Below are positions 15,161-29,636 of a DNA stretch of 64,000 nucleotides, piece by piece. The position numbers and the translations under genes were made by a program. The DNA is from Eledone cirrhosa (Eukaryota), in assembly GCA_964016885.1 (NCBI GenBank), contig OZ024740.1, positions 299,832,001-299,896,000 on the forward strand, written 5' to 3'. The notes under the pieces were generated by a model. That model made no database searches and was not told the origin of the DNA. It saw only the letters and a list, made by a program, of their open reading frames with translations. Every line of letters begins with the position of its first letter. The first letter of the stretch is position 1.

Positions 15161-15606
15161 GTTATATATCTCTAAAACGATTTATTTTTCTGCTGCTTTT
15201 TTCCCATCCCTTCAATACAAAGTGATATTTTCATTGCTTCCGTCTAAGTACTGAGATTCTAGTTATTAGTTTGCTCAGAATAGTGGAAAGTTTCATATTT
15301 ACTATGTGGTTGGTATCAGTAGATACATGGATGGTCAGGTTTCTGTTTTGGTATATATTTGGATTTGGGTTTTATCTGTGAAGATTCACAGGCCGAAATA
15401 ATATAAGCACAAATCTGTCTGTGTCTGAAATTATTACTTGCTACTTATATTTCAGCGTAATCGTATTGTAAACTGTTGGTCTGTACATATGAAAACCAGA
15501 TTTTATACATACATTTATGTATGCCCAACACCTCTCCACGCTCACTTACTCAAATAATGACAAAATATGTCTTTGATATTCTGTAATTCCAAATCGGGTT
15601 ACATAT

Positions 15607-15970
15607 TTCTTCTTCTTCTTCTTCTTCTTCTTCTTCTTCTTCTTCTTCTTCTTCTTCTTCTTGGAAAGTCGTCTGTGACAGAGTCCTAAAACACTCTTTC
15701 CAGTGGGTTCTGTCAGAAGCAAAAGTCTCCTATTGATCCGGCTGGATCCCCACACAAACCAGGTCGAGCGTATGGATGTAATCCAACCATCTTCCCTGGG
15801 CTAGACACATATTCTCCTGCCGGCTTGTTTCGCCAGTAAAATATGCTGAGCTATTCTTTCCCGAGACATTCTAATCACATATCCGTAGTATCGGAGATGC
15901 AATTTCTCAATTTTGAGTAGTTGCGAATCTAAGTGGAGCGACTCTGATCTCTGAGTTACGCACTATCGAC
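15607..15970 (-). mobile_element. RTE-clade LINE 3' fragment with (GAA)n tail, related to the 12895 copy
   Basis: (TTC)n at 15607-15662 followed by the reverse complement of a similar 3' end (LRYYGYVIRMS, RWLDYI). Confidence 0.75.
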
Positions 15971-16039
15971 AATCCATCGACTTTCGTCAAATTGGACCGA
16001 GGAAACAATGTTTCCGTTGGTCTTTCCAATTGCTAATAC

Positions 16040-16189
16040 TATCTATCGGTTGCAACTCCAGGTAGAAAGAGCAACGGGAAATAAAATATCTATCTCAAGG
16101 ACATAACGTATCTACCGGTCCAGGAATTGAACTGCCAACCCCACGATTGCGAATCCAATTCCCTTACCACTCAGCCACGCGCCTTCACT
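16040..16189 (-). mobile_element. tRNA-derived SINE, 5' part
   Basis: Minus strand gtgaaggcgcgtggctgagtggtaaggg (A box) ... agttcaattcc (B box) ... tgtccttgag. Confidence 0.7.
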
Positions 16190-16294
16190 ATATCGAGCAA
16201 CATTAATCCAAAAACCCACCAAAGGATACCCATTTCAACCCCTTGTCTTCGAGGTCGTATTCCTTCGGTCATTATTCATGATCTATAACTATGG

Positions 16295-16486
16295 AAGGTG
16301 GATTAGCAGTATCGGTAGAGGGTTGGACGCCATGCTTTGACGCATTGAGTTACGGCCCTTGCCATTCTGAGTTCAAATCCCGCCGAGGTTGACTTTGCCT
16401 TTCATCCTTACGGGCTCGATAAAATAAAGTACCAGTAATACACTGGAGTAATAGCTGGCCTTGTGCTAAAAGTAGAAACAATTATT
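16295..16486 (+). mobile_element. Cephalopod-type tRNA-SINE, full length, 17-bp TSD
   Basis: B-box-like gagttcaaatccc; body gactttgcctttcatcc...gataaaataaagtaccag; TSD attattcatgatctata at 16271-16287 and 16481-16497. Confidence 0.9.
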
Positions 16487-17291
16487 CATGATCTATAGCC
16501 ATAGTTAAGGGTCTTCACGAATACTGTAAAGATTGCCATTTTTACTTTACACCTATCTCTCTATTCCGCATGACTTAGAAAGGTAAATGTAAACAATTTC
16601 TCTCTCAATTTGAATTCATTTCTATGTATTCCTATTCTGATACCATCTCTCACTGTTAACGTGTTTGTTTTGTTATGTGTGTGTTTTAAGTCGTGAAAGT
16701 GTTTGTTAGTTAGATGCATATTTATAATTGTAATGTTTCAATAATTCTCACTACTTCTCTCTCTTTCGTTCTATATGATCTTTTCTTCATAAATATCATA
16801 TTCATATATTTCTTTGTCTCTTTCTTTCTTTGTAATGGTGTGTGCGTGCTAAATCTTCGGTGTCCATCTGATCCATTTATAATATATTATAAATTCTTTC
16901 TTTTATATACTTAGTGTATGTATCTTTTGTGTAAATTCAAATTCTTCCCACTCACTTTCTCGTCGTGATTATATAAGTTATTGATATATGCCACTTTTCT
17001 CCCTTTACAAGGGCTTATCATTTGATATTTTGTTGCTTGAGGCAAAGTTTTCTTTACGTGGTGTAATATTTTGATATATTGTGTAGTAGCTTGTGTCTGT
17101 TATCAGTTTGACTATACCTAGTGCATGTATTTGCCTTGTGGAATCTATTTTTGGTGATGCCTTGAGTTTCTTATTGAAAACGTTTCAGCGTTCCTCTATG
17201 GAAATTTTAAAAGCACATTTTATATTACATATTGAATCTTGTGTACGTGCTACTGTATAGCATGTGATAACAATTTAATTGTCTTAATATT

Positions 17292-17481
17292 AATAATTGT
17301 TTCTACTTTAGGCACAAGGCCAGCAATTACCAGTGCATTACTGGTACTTTATTTTATCGACCCCGTAAGGATGAAAGGCAAAGTCAACCTCGGCGGGATT
17401 TGAACTCAGATGGTAAAGGGACGTAACTATGCTGGAAAGCATGGCGTCCGACCCTCTACCGATACTGCCAATCCACCGCCC
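17292..17481 (-). mobile_element. Same SINE family, opposite orientation
   Basis: Reverse complement of the 16295 copy; tattaataat at 17288-17297 and 17482-17491 is a likely TSD. Confidence 0.9.
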
Positions 17482-17527
17482 TATTAATAATATTATCTCA
17501 CCACTACTTATGTTAATCTTCAAAAGG

Positions 17528-17764
<237 letters not shown>

Positions 17765-17835
17765 CACACACACATACGAACGCACACACAGATCCACACA
17801 CAACATTTCACACAGACACACACACATAAATATAA

Positions 17836-17876
<41 letters not shown>

Positions 17877-18019
17877 ATGATATACACCTATTATTCGTGC
17901 ACGTTGCCTTTGTTTTATTACCAATTAAATGTAACCAGCCAAGTTCGCACACTATGAAAATGGGCATTTTCATCTAATGTTTTGTATTTGCTATATGTAA
18001 ATAAGCATATCCAGCAAAT

Positions 18020-19161
18020 GACCATAATGCAACATTTTATATTGTTCCCACACTATTTCCCAGCCCGTATTGATTGTGTGAGTGTCATCGATGAAAGATT
18101 AACACATCTTGAAACAGCACTGTCCGACTTCCTAAAACGGTGTTGGCAAATTTGTGATATATTGACAGAGAAAATTAACAATTTTTCGTTGCGAAAAATT
18201 ACTTTTCCTCGATAGCGAGCCTAACCATATGATGATACGACCTTTGCATTTGTCTTCAGTACAACGCCAAGACTCTTTTCCATTTCTAAGTTTTCTATCT
18301 AAACGATAGCAGAATCCATTTAATAAAATGTGCTCCCTTTTTTCTCTGATAATATTCGCTCCATAGGGCTCGGTTTTAGTCTTAACTTGGTAAATGTTTG
18401 TAACTAACTGGATTCCTAAAAAGGAAGTACCACAAATAATGTGTGTGTGTGAAGAACTTTCTCGCTGAATCGCGGTCTTCTTCAAACTGATTTGTATGTG
18501 CTGTGTGGTTCTATATAAATGGATTTGGTGTGTGTGTGGCTGGGTGGAGTTTTAATATGTGTAGGAATGGGGGAGTGTTGAAACCGATTGGTGGTAGTAG
18601 TGAGTTGAGATAGCGAGTGGAAAATCCTTTATTCTGTTTTCCTACTGATAAACTAACTACACACCCACACACGCACGTGCACACACACACACACACACAC
18701 ACAAATTCGTTTTTGGTACTAAAAATTGCTAGGGACACATTCTTTTGAACAAAAGAATCCAAGCTTAAGTGACCCAAACAAATTGTACCCCTAACGCGCT
18801 GCTCACAAACACACCTTCTATAAACATTCTTCTTGAACAAAAGAATTCTAAAATTGACCAAAACACATCACACCTGCTGTATATATATTTTTTTTTCTTC
18901 CCCCCCCCCCCCCCCCAACACCTCACTCGCTATCTCAACTCACTACTACCACCAACCGCTTTCAATACCTACATATTTCTCTTAAGAAAACACTTTGGTT
19001 AAGAATTTCATCTCAAGCTCTCTTCAAAGGTTTACAATTTGAAATTTTTAAAGACAGCTTGAGATGAAATTCTTACGCAAAGTTTTTTCTTAAGAGAAAT
19101 ATGTGTAGGAATGGGGGAGTGATTGAAAGCGGTTGGAGGTAGTAGTGAGTTGAGATAGCGA

Positions 19162-19213
<52 letters not shown>

Positions 19214-19366
19214 TTATATATCGTTTTGCGTTGTCCTTGCGCTGAATTGTTGTTGCGCTAAATTGTCATGCGCTGAATTGTCGTTGCGCTAAATTGTCGT
19301 TGCGCTAAATTGTCATGCGCTGAATTGTCGGTGCTGAGTTGTCCTGCGCGGAATTGTCGGTTCACG
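18020..19366 (-). mobile_element. Mutator-like (Phantom-type) DNA transposon remnant with FLYWCH domain and subterminal ~15-bp repeats
   Basis: ORF 18132-18485 has LNGFCYRLDRKLRNGKESWRCTEDKCKGRI (FLYWCH). 19225-19366 is an array of tgcgct(a/g)aattgtc ending ggttcac next to (TA)n. Confidence 0.65.
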
Positions 19367-20141
19367 ATATATATATATATACCTGTTAATAGAATTGTGT
19401 TCATTCGTCATTGAACCGACGTGGTATGAGAAATTGTTACTGCATGCATGCGTAAATAATGGAATACACGGACAACCAGGGAAGGGTTGCTCCAACAGGA
19501 GTGAGAAGGATCTGGATTTGGGATGTTGGATAGAAATACAATTTATATATCGATAACCCAGTTGGTAATTTTCTTTTGGGTTAAGAAAATGTATATTATT
19601 AATTGTATGCAGTTTTTTAAAATATTGGTTAATAAATCAGGATAATAGAGCTAAGATTTGAGAGCACGTGATGAAAAATAGAACTAAATTTACCGTAAAG
19701 GGTGATATATACGTGGATGAAATAAATCGAGTATGCTAAAATAACTGAGGAAAATTTAATATTTTAATCTATAATTTTAATTCATAATTGAATTGTTTTT
19801 TTTTTATTTCAATAAAGTGAAATAACAGGAATCATTATTAATTAGAACATTTTGAATGCATTCAAACAAATTAATTCCATGTAAATGATCAATCAAGCAC
19901 CTAGTCTAGAGAGGAGGGTCTAATTTCTAATTTGACGCAATTTAACCTTTCATAATTACGGCAACCTAGGAGTTCCTAAGTAATTTCCAATTCTATGAGA
20001 TCGGTGCAATGAATCACTAGGAGCATAGCTATATTACACCGACCGACTTTCATTGTGTATCCTACAAAATAGTATTCCTAACTATTTCTACATGTTGATT
20101 CGTAGTAATTGATTAAAATCTAATATATATAAATATATATA

Positions 20142-20201
<60 letters not shown>

Positions 20202-20279
20202 CGCGTGCGTTTGTGTGTGTGTATATACATATATATATGTGTTTGTGTGTGTGTGTCTGTGTGCGGGGGGGGTGTATGC

Positions 20280-20360
<81 letters not shown>

Positions 20361-20559
20361 TGGTTGACACCTGAGAGAAAAGAGTTCTGAATACCGAAGT
20401 AAAGTTTTTATGTTATTATGGCTAATTAACGAATCATGTTACTCTGGAGTCTCGCCTGTTGTTCCTTCACAGGGGAAACTCCTGAGTAACAAGAGTGACA
20501 ATTTAGCTTCAATAAAATGAATATATATTTATATATATCTATATATCTATATATGCATT

Positions 20560-20618
<59 letters not shown>

Positions 20619-20699
20619 CTATGTGTGTGTGTGAGTGTGTGTCTGTGTGCATGTGTGTGTGCATGTGTGTGTGCCTTTATTATTGTCATGGACTTAATG

Positions 20700-21240
20700 G
20701 ATCTTCTTTGTGTCATTAAGCCCATCAGTTTTAGATTAGCACCGCTTCTTAATGGTTTGCGAATCCCATTTCTAACAGCTATACATTGAATACAAGATTT
20801 AGTGTTTGTTTTCCATCTACTTTGGTTGTGAATGGGTCTGTGTTCTTCGTTTCAAGTATAAATTATAATGGTAACTGTTCTAATTTCTAGTAGAAATAAT
20901 GTTTTCGGAATTATTGCAGCATAAATGTCATGTTTGACGATAAAAAATATTTTAGGTCTATAAAAGTTTTTTTAATGCCGTTACTGTTGCGTGGCAGAAT
21001 TTTCATAATTTTCCGTGTCATGTTTACACTTTTGATTTTTGTGTCTGAAGCGTTTAATTTAGCATATATTATATGGCGATTTCTGATGTTGCGATGAGAA
21101 ATAGCAACTACATTTCCTTCCTTTTTATATAGGTTGTGGATATTGGCAACATTATAGATATTGCCATTGTAATGCCGGGCATGTTTCAGAATTATAGGTA
21201 TATTTGTATTATTCGTCATATGGCAGGTAATTTAGGTATT
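20700..21240 (-). mobile_element. Decayed Penelope-like element C-terminal remnant
   Basis: VAISHRNIRNRHIIYAKL resembles the PLE post-RT motif, and a downstream LKTDGLN resembles the GIY-YIG C-terminal GLN motif. Heavily degraded. Confidence 0.35.
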
Positions 21241-22076
21241 ATTGGTATATATTAACGTTTGGCACTCTGGGTCAAAATGCGTAGATGAATATAAATAAAT
21301 AAATATATATTTATGGAATGTAACGTCCAGTTACTGTAGATTCACCAGAGTGAGCACTCGGTATGTAGTTTCCAGTATGTAAAGAAGCGTAGTACTAAGA
21401 AGAGTATAATACTAATAATAAAAAGGACGATTTGTTAGGTCTTCATTACGTTTATTGACAGATGGTTTAGTATGTTCTCCAGCGACATGCCGACGTATGT
21501 GTATGTATGTGTGTCTACTCGTGTGAGTACGTATATATGTATGTATATGTGTATACATCTGTATATATATATATATATATATATATAAATGAAAGGTATA
21601 GAAAACATTGTAGCGAAAAGCCAACAGTATTCCATAGTATATAAGTGAATATAGCGTCACAATGGGAAAAATAGTTAACGTAAGATGTGGGAAAAATAAT
21701 TTAAACTCATCTCAAAGAGAATCAGGATATAGATTCATCCACAGAATTTAGTGAAATCCAGGGAAAAATCAATAGAGCCTTAACTCATGATAAAATAAAG
21801 TTTAAAATATTCATCCTTCAATTTGGAAAAACTTCAAATGCTCTGTATAGTCTTAAAGACTATTTCACGAAAACTTTCAGTGCAGATGGTCACGGTTGGA
21901 ATTCGATCCTCAGCAATAACCAAGATTCTCACAGATTAATATGCCAAAAAGGGAATTTAAAACATGCTAGTTCACCATCATGCGTGATTATGAAAAATAA
22001 AACGCACATGAGGAAAGACAGGGCTGGTGACGTCAGAATGAGACGAATGTTTGTTTACTAGAAACAACAGTCAAAA

Positions 22077-22124
<48 letters not shown>

Positions 22125-23094
22125 CTTAGGTGTATGTGTGTATGTACTTATGTATATGTGTATGCGTGTGTGTATGTGTATATATGTATACCTAGATAAG
22201 CCCATATAGTTAGTGGAGCAACTCGTTCACGCATTTATTCATTTATTTATTGATAATTATGTCCTTACTCACCAGTTTTTTCTACTCACATAAATTCTAG
22301 ATACACCAAACCCCCTTAATATATATTTTTTATATACTACCCACACAACCGAAGACACAATAACTCCATTCCCCCTTCTTTTTTATCCTCTCCTTCTTTC
22401 TCATTGTATTCTTATTTTTTAATTTACGTTTATTGTTTTTACTCTGTACCAACCATCTGACCAACACAAATCCCACCTCCACCTCTTCCGAATACTTATC
22501 ATTTCCTTTCCTGTCACATATCGCTCCTAATCATCTCTTCAATCTCACCCAGCACCCTCACTTCACTATATAAACGCCACAATGCATATGAAACAGCCAA
22601 AACACCACACCTTCACAACTCCCACAAAGCGATGCTTCTCCCACCATTTCTCTTTCATCATTTTTTTATTACAAATTCAACCTGTCACCTGTCATACGTA
22701 CCCAAACATTCCTTCTAGCAAAAGTACCAATCAAAACGAACTAAAACTGACCACCATAAATGGATGTGAATCGTTACTTACTACTTTAAATTTCTCAGAG
22801 GTTTATACTGTCCTTATCATAACAGAAGTCCGACCAGCTTTTGATTCCAGTGTCGGGCCAGATCGATACAGATCAAATCTTGAGCAGATCAATAGCGAAA
22901 CGTAATGAAGACCTAACAAATCGTCCTTTTTATTATTGTTGTGCCAAAAGTAGAAACAATTATTATTATTATTAGTATATATATATATATGCATATCGGA
23001 TCTAGAAGTCGAAACGGCCGGAGCTCAGCCGTCGGGATCGTGTGACTCTTTTCATATATATATATACATATATATATACACACATATATATATA

Positions 23095-23241
23095 TAAAGA
23101 AAAAATGATGTAATCGAAAATGCAACTGGAGTCTTATTTTTAAAAAATATATATATTTATTTGGTTCCTTTACAGGTTTCGCAGTTCATCTGCTTTTCAA
23201 AAGTAGAGTTGAAATGGAGGGTCTGTGGTTTTTCTCACATC
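23095..23241 (-). repeat. Pseudo-LTR-like dispersed repeat, inverted copy at about 30943-31085
   Basis: Long reverse-complement match (gatgtgagaa...ctctacttt...gcgaaacc...aaaggaaccaaataaat...gagttgcattttcgatt). Confidence 0.8.
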
Positions 23242-23559
23242 AGATGTATATTTATATTATTATTATACTTGGGGAGGGTCATAATTGTTTTAATAATATT
23301 GCCAGAAATAATAACAGAACACTGTTTGGTTGGTTTTCGCTTCTGTATCTTTTATCTTGTTTGCATAATTGCAAATGAATCAAATATTATTGTTAATACT
23401 CGAAAAACTCAGAATACCTTTATATATATATATAACATTTGTGACTTAGTAGTTTTGGTGTTCGTCAAACAATCACAAGTTCTTGACTTCCATTCCTGGA
23501 TCGAGTGGGACGTTGAGTTATGCACTATTTTTCTCATTGTTTCTGACTATTCTATAGAC

Positions 23560-23750
23560 AGAAATTGTACCTGTAATCCAAAGGGCCAACCTTGTCACAT
23601 AATGTATCAACCTTGTCACATAATCGCGCTGTATATCACAAAGAACTAACTTAAGGGAGTACATGTCTATGGAATTCTCAATCACTCCACAATTATTTCT
23701 CCGTTGATTCAACTGGAGTACTCTACCTCGGAAAGGAGGGAGATCGAACA
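23560..23750 (-). mobile_element. Cephalopod-type SINE 3' fragment
   Basis: Minus strand cccttaagttagttc...tgtgacaaggttggccctttggattacaggtacaa; a related fragment lies at about 48375-48452 (+). Confidence 0.55.
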
Positions 23751-24984
23751 ACGTATATTATAGAACGAAGAAATTAAATTATTTATGCCGGATATATAAT
23801 CTGAAAAGGAATATAAAACACTTGCTCAAAATCCATTAATGTAATTATTATTTTATATATTATAATCGAATATGTCTTACACGTATTTAATAATTATTAT
23901 TCCAATTCGAAAATATAGAATATTTTTCATTATAGGAATAAATGCAGTTAAAATGACACATCGTCATAGAAACAACAATCACAGGATACCTGATAAACAT
24001 CACACATATTTGGCGGCAAAGAACCTGCTTAAATTTATTCAAACGATTCCTCATATTTACTTGTTTTGGACTTTTATTGAGCTCAATATATCGGAATAAC
24101 TCTTTACTTCCATTTAATTCGACAGTGGTGATATCTCTCGCTCTATGTATCTACCCAACACAAACACAAATAAACATATATATGTATGCAAAAATAAACA
24201 AAAAGAAAAAAGCAAACGACACAATACATTGACGAAATATATCAGTTTAACGCTTGAAATAACAGGAAAAATGCCTTAACCTTTCGAACACTAGTCCTTT
24301 ACGAGAAGATAAGATTAGAAATATATTATAAAATAGAAAGATAAAGTGTGAGAAGAGGTAGGGACGTGAAACAAATGGGAAAAAACAATCGTGCGTATTT
24401 AGTGAGCCATTTTGGAGATTATATATATGAGGTCATATCAGGTTTCTGCTTGCTACTGGTATCATGTAACAGTACAAACATTTTCATGGTCGAGTAGTGG
24501 GTGACTAGATAGGATCCACCAACAAACTCATGTCTGGAGAGGTGGGTAAGTCTAAGCCTAGAAGCACAAAAATAAGAGCTGTAAAAAGGACGGATGAACT
24601 CCGCGGAGTCAACGCCCATCCACAGTAAATATGGATTAAATAGCCTCACCAACCCACTATTGTCCCAGTTTGGTGAGTATGGCTACATATCTGTCATGGC
24701 CGAAAACAAACAAAGTGGTGGAGATCAACCAGGTAAGAGTTTCTCTAACAGGAGGGAGAAGGCCCTGGATTGAAATGGATTGGATATTAGATTATATTAC
24801 ATGCATATATGTATGTTTGATATACGAGGTAGTAGAGAGGATGTTTGTCTTCAGAAATGATTAAGGTCTGCATGAAATCAGGTAAAGGGGAAAACAGGTG
24901 AGAACGTCTGAAAGAAAGAGAGATAACAAATGCGTGAGAGAGTAGGGTAGAAAGGAGAGAGAGAGTGAGTGGGAGTGATAAAGA

Positions 24985-25066
<82 letters not shown>

Positions 25067-25319
25067 GAAAGGGAAGAAAGGGGGAGCGAGATAAAGGACC
25101 TTTGACAAAAAAAGATAGATATATAAAGAAAAAAACAAGGACACCGACAAAATACTAGGCTCATATACAACAACTGACTGGGATGACAGAAAACTGAGCA
25201 GATAATACAGAGTGCTGGGAACACAGACTAAGGAAACGACAATCTTAACATATGTATGGTGGTTATGGTAATACATACTACATCTCCCTCTCCCTCTCTT
25301 TACCCCCTCTCTCTCTCTT

Positions 25320-25350
<31 letters not shown>

Positions 25351-26108
25351 GTCTGTCTGTCTGTCTATCTGTCTATCTATCCATCTAGCTGTCTGTTTGT
25401 CTATCAATCTCTCCTCTCTCTATCTATCTATCTATGGATGGATGGATGGATGTATCTATCTATCTGTCTATCTGTCTATCTATCTGTCTATCTATCTGTC
25501 TATCTATCTGTCTATCTATTTGTCTATCTATTTGTCTACGTACCTGTAGACCGTACATAGCACATGATGAAAGAATCATGACGTCAAGTAATGAGACAAA
25601 TGATGAAATAAAAAAATAAAGACAGTAAGAACAATAACACATTGCATGGTAAATACTGATTTATACAGAGTAAAGTAAGAATCCTTAGATAAAATCAAAA
25701 ATTATAACTAACGACAGCTGATGTGAAAGTGTCAAACGCCAGCCATGTACATACATACACACTCAAGTATTTCTGTATATACATACAATTATACATACAT
25801 AGGTATATACCAACCTATATATATATATATGATGGACTCTCACGTCGATATCCTACGTACGAGTGTCCAACAAAAGTTAGATGTGAGAATGTGAACTGAT
25901 GTTGAACTATCCACACACAGTTTTGTTTTAAGTAGTGAAGGTTTGTGTAGGACCAACCTCACTTTTTTGGAACTGGCGACACATATCTTCGGTGCAAATG
26001 TTTGCCATGGAAAATACATCGACAGCCATCAGCTTTGAATGCCTCGGAATTTAAACTCTCTGTATGGAAAAAAAATACCATTTGGATGGCCGTTGACTCT
26101 GCTGAGTT

Positions 26109-26144
<36 letters not shown>

Positions 26145-26167
26145 CTCGCGTATAATCCTGTAATTAT

Positions 26168-26675
26168 AACACCCTCTTCTGTGTCTTTCCCCTCTATATA
26201 TTGTATTTTAAAGTACCCAGTGAAACTCTTTCCTTTGAGCTCATTTAATTACAGGATTATACGCGAGTCCTTTACTCCGTTATTTTACTTTGCTCCTTGC
26301 GCTCTCTCTGCTGTTGAGCACCATAAATTGAATAGTATAGGCTGCCATCTCTAGCAGCTTGTTCTGTTCATGCCACCGGTTACTGCCTCGCGCACGCATT
26401 TCCCTTATATCTACACGTGCAAAAGGTAGTTTACTTTAGTTCTCTCTAGTAGTGCGGACAATATCGGCCTTCCACATGCTGATGACCCCGAGGGCCGAAT
26501 TGGAACCCACTTAAATGGTGAAACATTCTCCTTGTGAGTGACTTATTTGGGTTCTCATTTTAATTTATACTTTTAATTTTGATGTTTTTCCTATGCCTCT
26601 ATTAGCTTATATTCTCTTCACGCTGGTGGTTTGAAATTCCTGTAAAGAAAAACACACTCGTATTTATCTTTCCCC
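26168..26675 (+). mobile_element. Diverged monomer of the 539-bp HHR repeat family (see 62638-63743)
   Basis: Colinear blocks match the minus strand of the array (tattttaaag, cctttgagc, ctccgtta, gttgagcac, ggctgcc..tctagcag, gctgatga, tggtgaaacat, ttaatttata, ctggtggttt). CTGATGA at 26479, GAAA at 26520. Confidence 0.75.
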
Positions 26676-26726
26676 TGTAATGTACTGGGTATTTGTTGGC
26701 CTTGTGCCAAAAGTAGAAACAATTAT

Positions 26727-26806
<80 letters not shown>

Positions 26807-27290
26807 ATATAACCACACATACACACACACACATATATATACACTTCAAGCCCTATCATTGGTAAACTATATATATACATATACACTCATACATGTGTAC
26901 ATATACACCATATACAGCATCTAGTTGACTTTCCCGACTTTCACCAACTGGTGTTTCTAAAGTAAGAAAACTTTGATGATTTGGCACAAAAGTGACATCA
27001 ATTACATTTTGAAAAACATATTCTTTAAAAGATAAAATTATGTTTATGATCAGGACCTCATCTTTAAAAGGTTCCAGGAGTTCTGTTTGAAGTAGGGTCC
27101 CGGCTCAATGAAGGAGTCCTGTTCGGAGAGGGATTACCCTTTTTGATAAGTTGGGCCCAGAGTATTCACTCATGCTGCTCACCAATAAATCTGGCCCTAC
27201 TTATGTGTCCATGCATATTCCACAACAGTGCCACTATGACTCCACCAGGAGATACACATCCAAACATACATAAGTATTATTTGTGTTTGA

Positions 27291-27426
27291 GTTACGTTCT
27301 TTACGATCTGAGTCCAAATCCCGCCGAGGTTGACTTTGCCTTTCATCCTTACGGGGTCGATAAAATAAAGTACCAGTAATGCACTGGGTAATTGCTGGCC
27401 TTGTGCCTAAAGTAGAAACAATTATT
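27291..27426 (+). mobile_element. 5'-truncated SINE (16295 family), 15-bp TSD
   Basis: TSD attatttgtgtttga at 27276-27290 and 27421-27435. Confidence 0.9.
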
Positions 27427-29476
27427 TGTGTTTGAATCAAATTTATATCGAATTTTATGTTTAGAAGTTGTTGGCATCGGAAAAATATGAATTTATATTT
27501 GTTACAAATTTAACTATAATGTTTGCATCTTCCTATCAAGCATTATTCTAGCTTTATTAATTCTTAACATCATGTGCCACACGAAAACATATAAGCAAGA
27601 CTGTCACATTAAAAATTAAAGTTTCTTTTAAAAATTAATTTAAAAAAAAAAATTTAATTATTTTCCCCCACAACGGAATCGTTTAAATGTTTAACATATA
27701 ACCTAAGATTATTTCTCTTTCCTTACAATACAATACATTATATTGCTTTAAAAATAAAGCGATACAATTTAGAAGATTAGCTACAAACCCTTCCGTACCT
27801 TATTCGAGAAGATATAATACTATGATTCAAGCTCCCAACACAATCTTTAACTGTACAGTAGGAAACAAGCTTAAGCTATTTAACTGGTGAGTGTGTGTTT
27901 TTTTAGCATACACCGTCTCTCTTATTACAACTATAGTGTATAGCTAATATCATTTTCCATTCAGTCTACAGTTAATTAAATAGAAAGGTTGTTGGATGTC
28001 TGCAGATTTTTTTCTATCGTTAACGATTCGTAGATGTTTTTCGGTTCACGATAAAGAATAAATATGACAAAAGTTATTACCATTAATGAATTTATTATTA
28101 AGCGTACTAACTAAATAACTTTCATCCACCATCTATGATCTAGACGAAGATTGTCTTTTTGAATATATATTTTTTATTAGACTTAATTCCTTCATAGCTG
28201 CAGAAAAAATATACGTGAGATATTTTTGCAAGTACTGTTCTTATGCATGTGATGCTATATCATTACCTGTATATATTCAGATTGGTTTTACACACACTTA
28301 CATAGTGCTTAGTTCCCATAATACGAAAGAATTAAATAGTATTCATACAAATCAATATCAATTCACAAAGCTATCTTACAAAAGTACAATTTCATTGCTC
28401 CAGAATTATTTTTCTCTGAATTATAGTGTAATTAGAACAATACTGCCGGCGTTGCTTCATTGTTAATATCCTTAAGAATAAACGATGATAGCTTCGCATA
28501 TTTTAATGCATAATGGCTCTTTTCAATGAGCTTCACGTGGCCATATTATTCAGTAAATCACGCTAGGACAATGTGCATTAATAGTGTTAGCATTATTTGG
28601 ATCAATATTCAGTCTCATGGATTAGTCAGTCTATTTAATCTAGAATGAATATCAGTAGGTCTTGCTACTTAATTGCGGAAAATGATAATTTTCAGTAGCT
28701 CTTTAGATATTTCTATTCTTGATATATTAAAGAAAAATTAGGAATGGTTGCGGTATCTCAGCAAATTTCATTTACTGTCAACTTTCACAATTATGAAGTG
28801 ATCTTCATTTATTCTTTTGTCAAATGAAAACTAATTAAACTATATTTCAATCAGTTTATATATACATCCATACATAAACATGTACGCGCACATTCGCACT
28901 CTCAATCATACACAAATAAAAATGTAGCGAAACAGCGGGAGAGTGAAGTGGAGAGGTAGAGTAGAAGAGAAAGGGAAATAGTAAGGGAGAGAACGAAAGG
29001 AAGAAAGAACATTCATATTCGTATCAATTGACTAGATATGTTCAGCAATGCATTTTCCCGGTAGAGTTCATTCAGAGAATAAGGTGTTGCTTCTCTCATG
29101 AACCTTACTGTACTACGCTTTTAAGAAAAATTAAGGGATTGATATAAGAACATAATACATCTATTTAATCAGTATTTTCTGTCTAGCATATATATGTATA
29201 TATATGTGCTAGACAGAAAAAATATATATATATATACATGTGTGTGTGTATATATTTGATACTGATTTCAGAAAATATGGTAGAGAATTTCTGTAATTAA
29301 TTTAAACTAGAGCACCCATGACCCATTGCGTCACATTCACTTAAAAATATATTTTTTGTAACCATGTTCACTTAAAAATAATTTTCAAATTATTAATATA
29401 TACAGACTTATACATAATGTATGTGTGTGTATGTGTGTGAGGGTATGTGGGTGTCTGTGACCAATATACCCACATA

Positions 29477-29536
<60 letters not shown>

Positions 29537-29590
29537 TATTTATATACACACACATATACGCACAAACTTAGAAACCTATTTAGCAGGGAT

Positions 29591-29636
29591 GCACTGGGTA
29601 ATTGCTGGCCTTGTGCCAAAAGTAGAGACAATTATT
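29591..29636 (+). mobile_element. Very short 5'-truncated SINE with 14-bp TSD, inside the Helitron
   Basis: gcactgggtaattgctggccttgtgccaaaagtag; TSD tatttagcagggat at 29577-29590 and 29633-29646. Confidence 0.85.

Noticed and set aside
16100-16189. tRNA gene
   Set aside because: A/B boxes are present but there is no cloverleaf and it continues into SINE body sequence.
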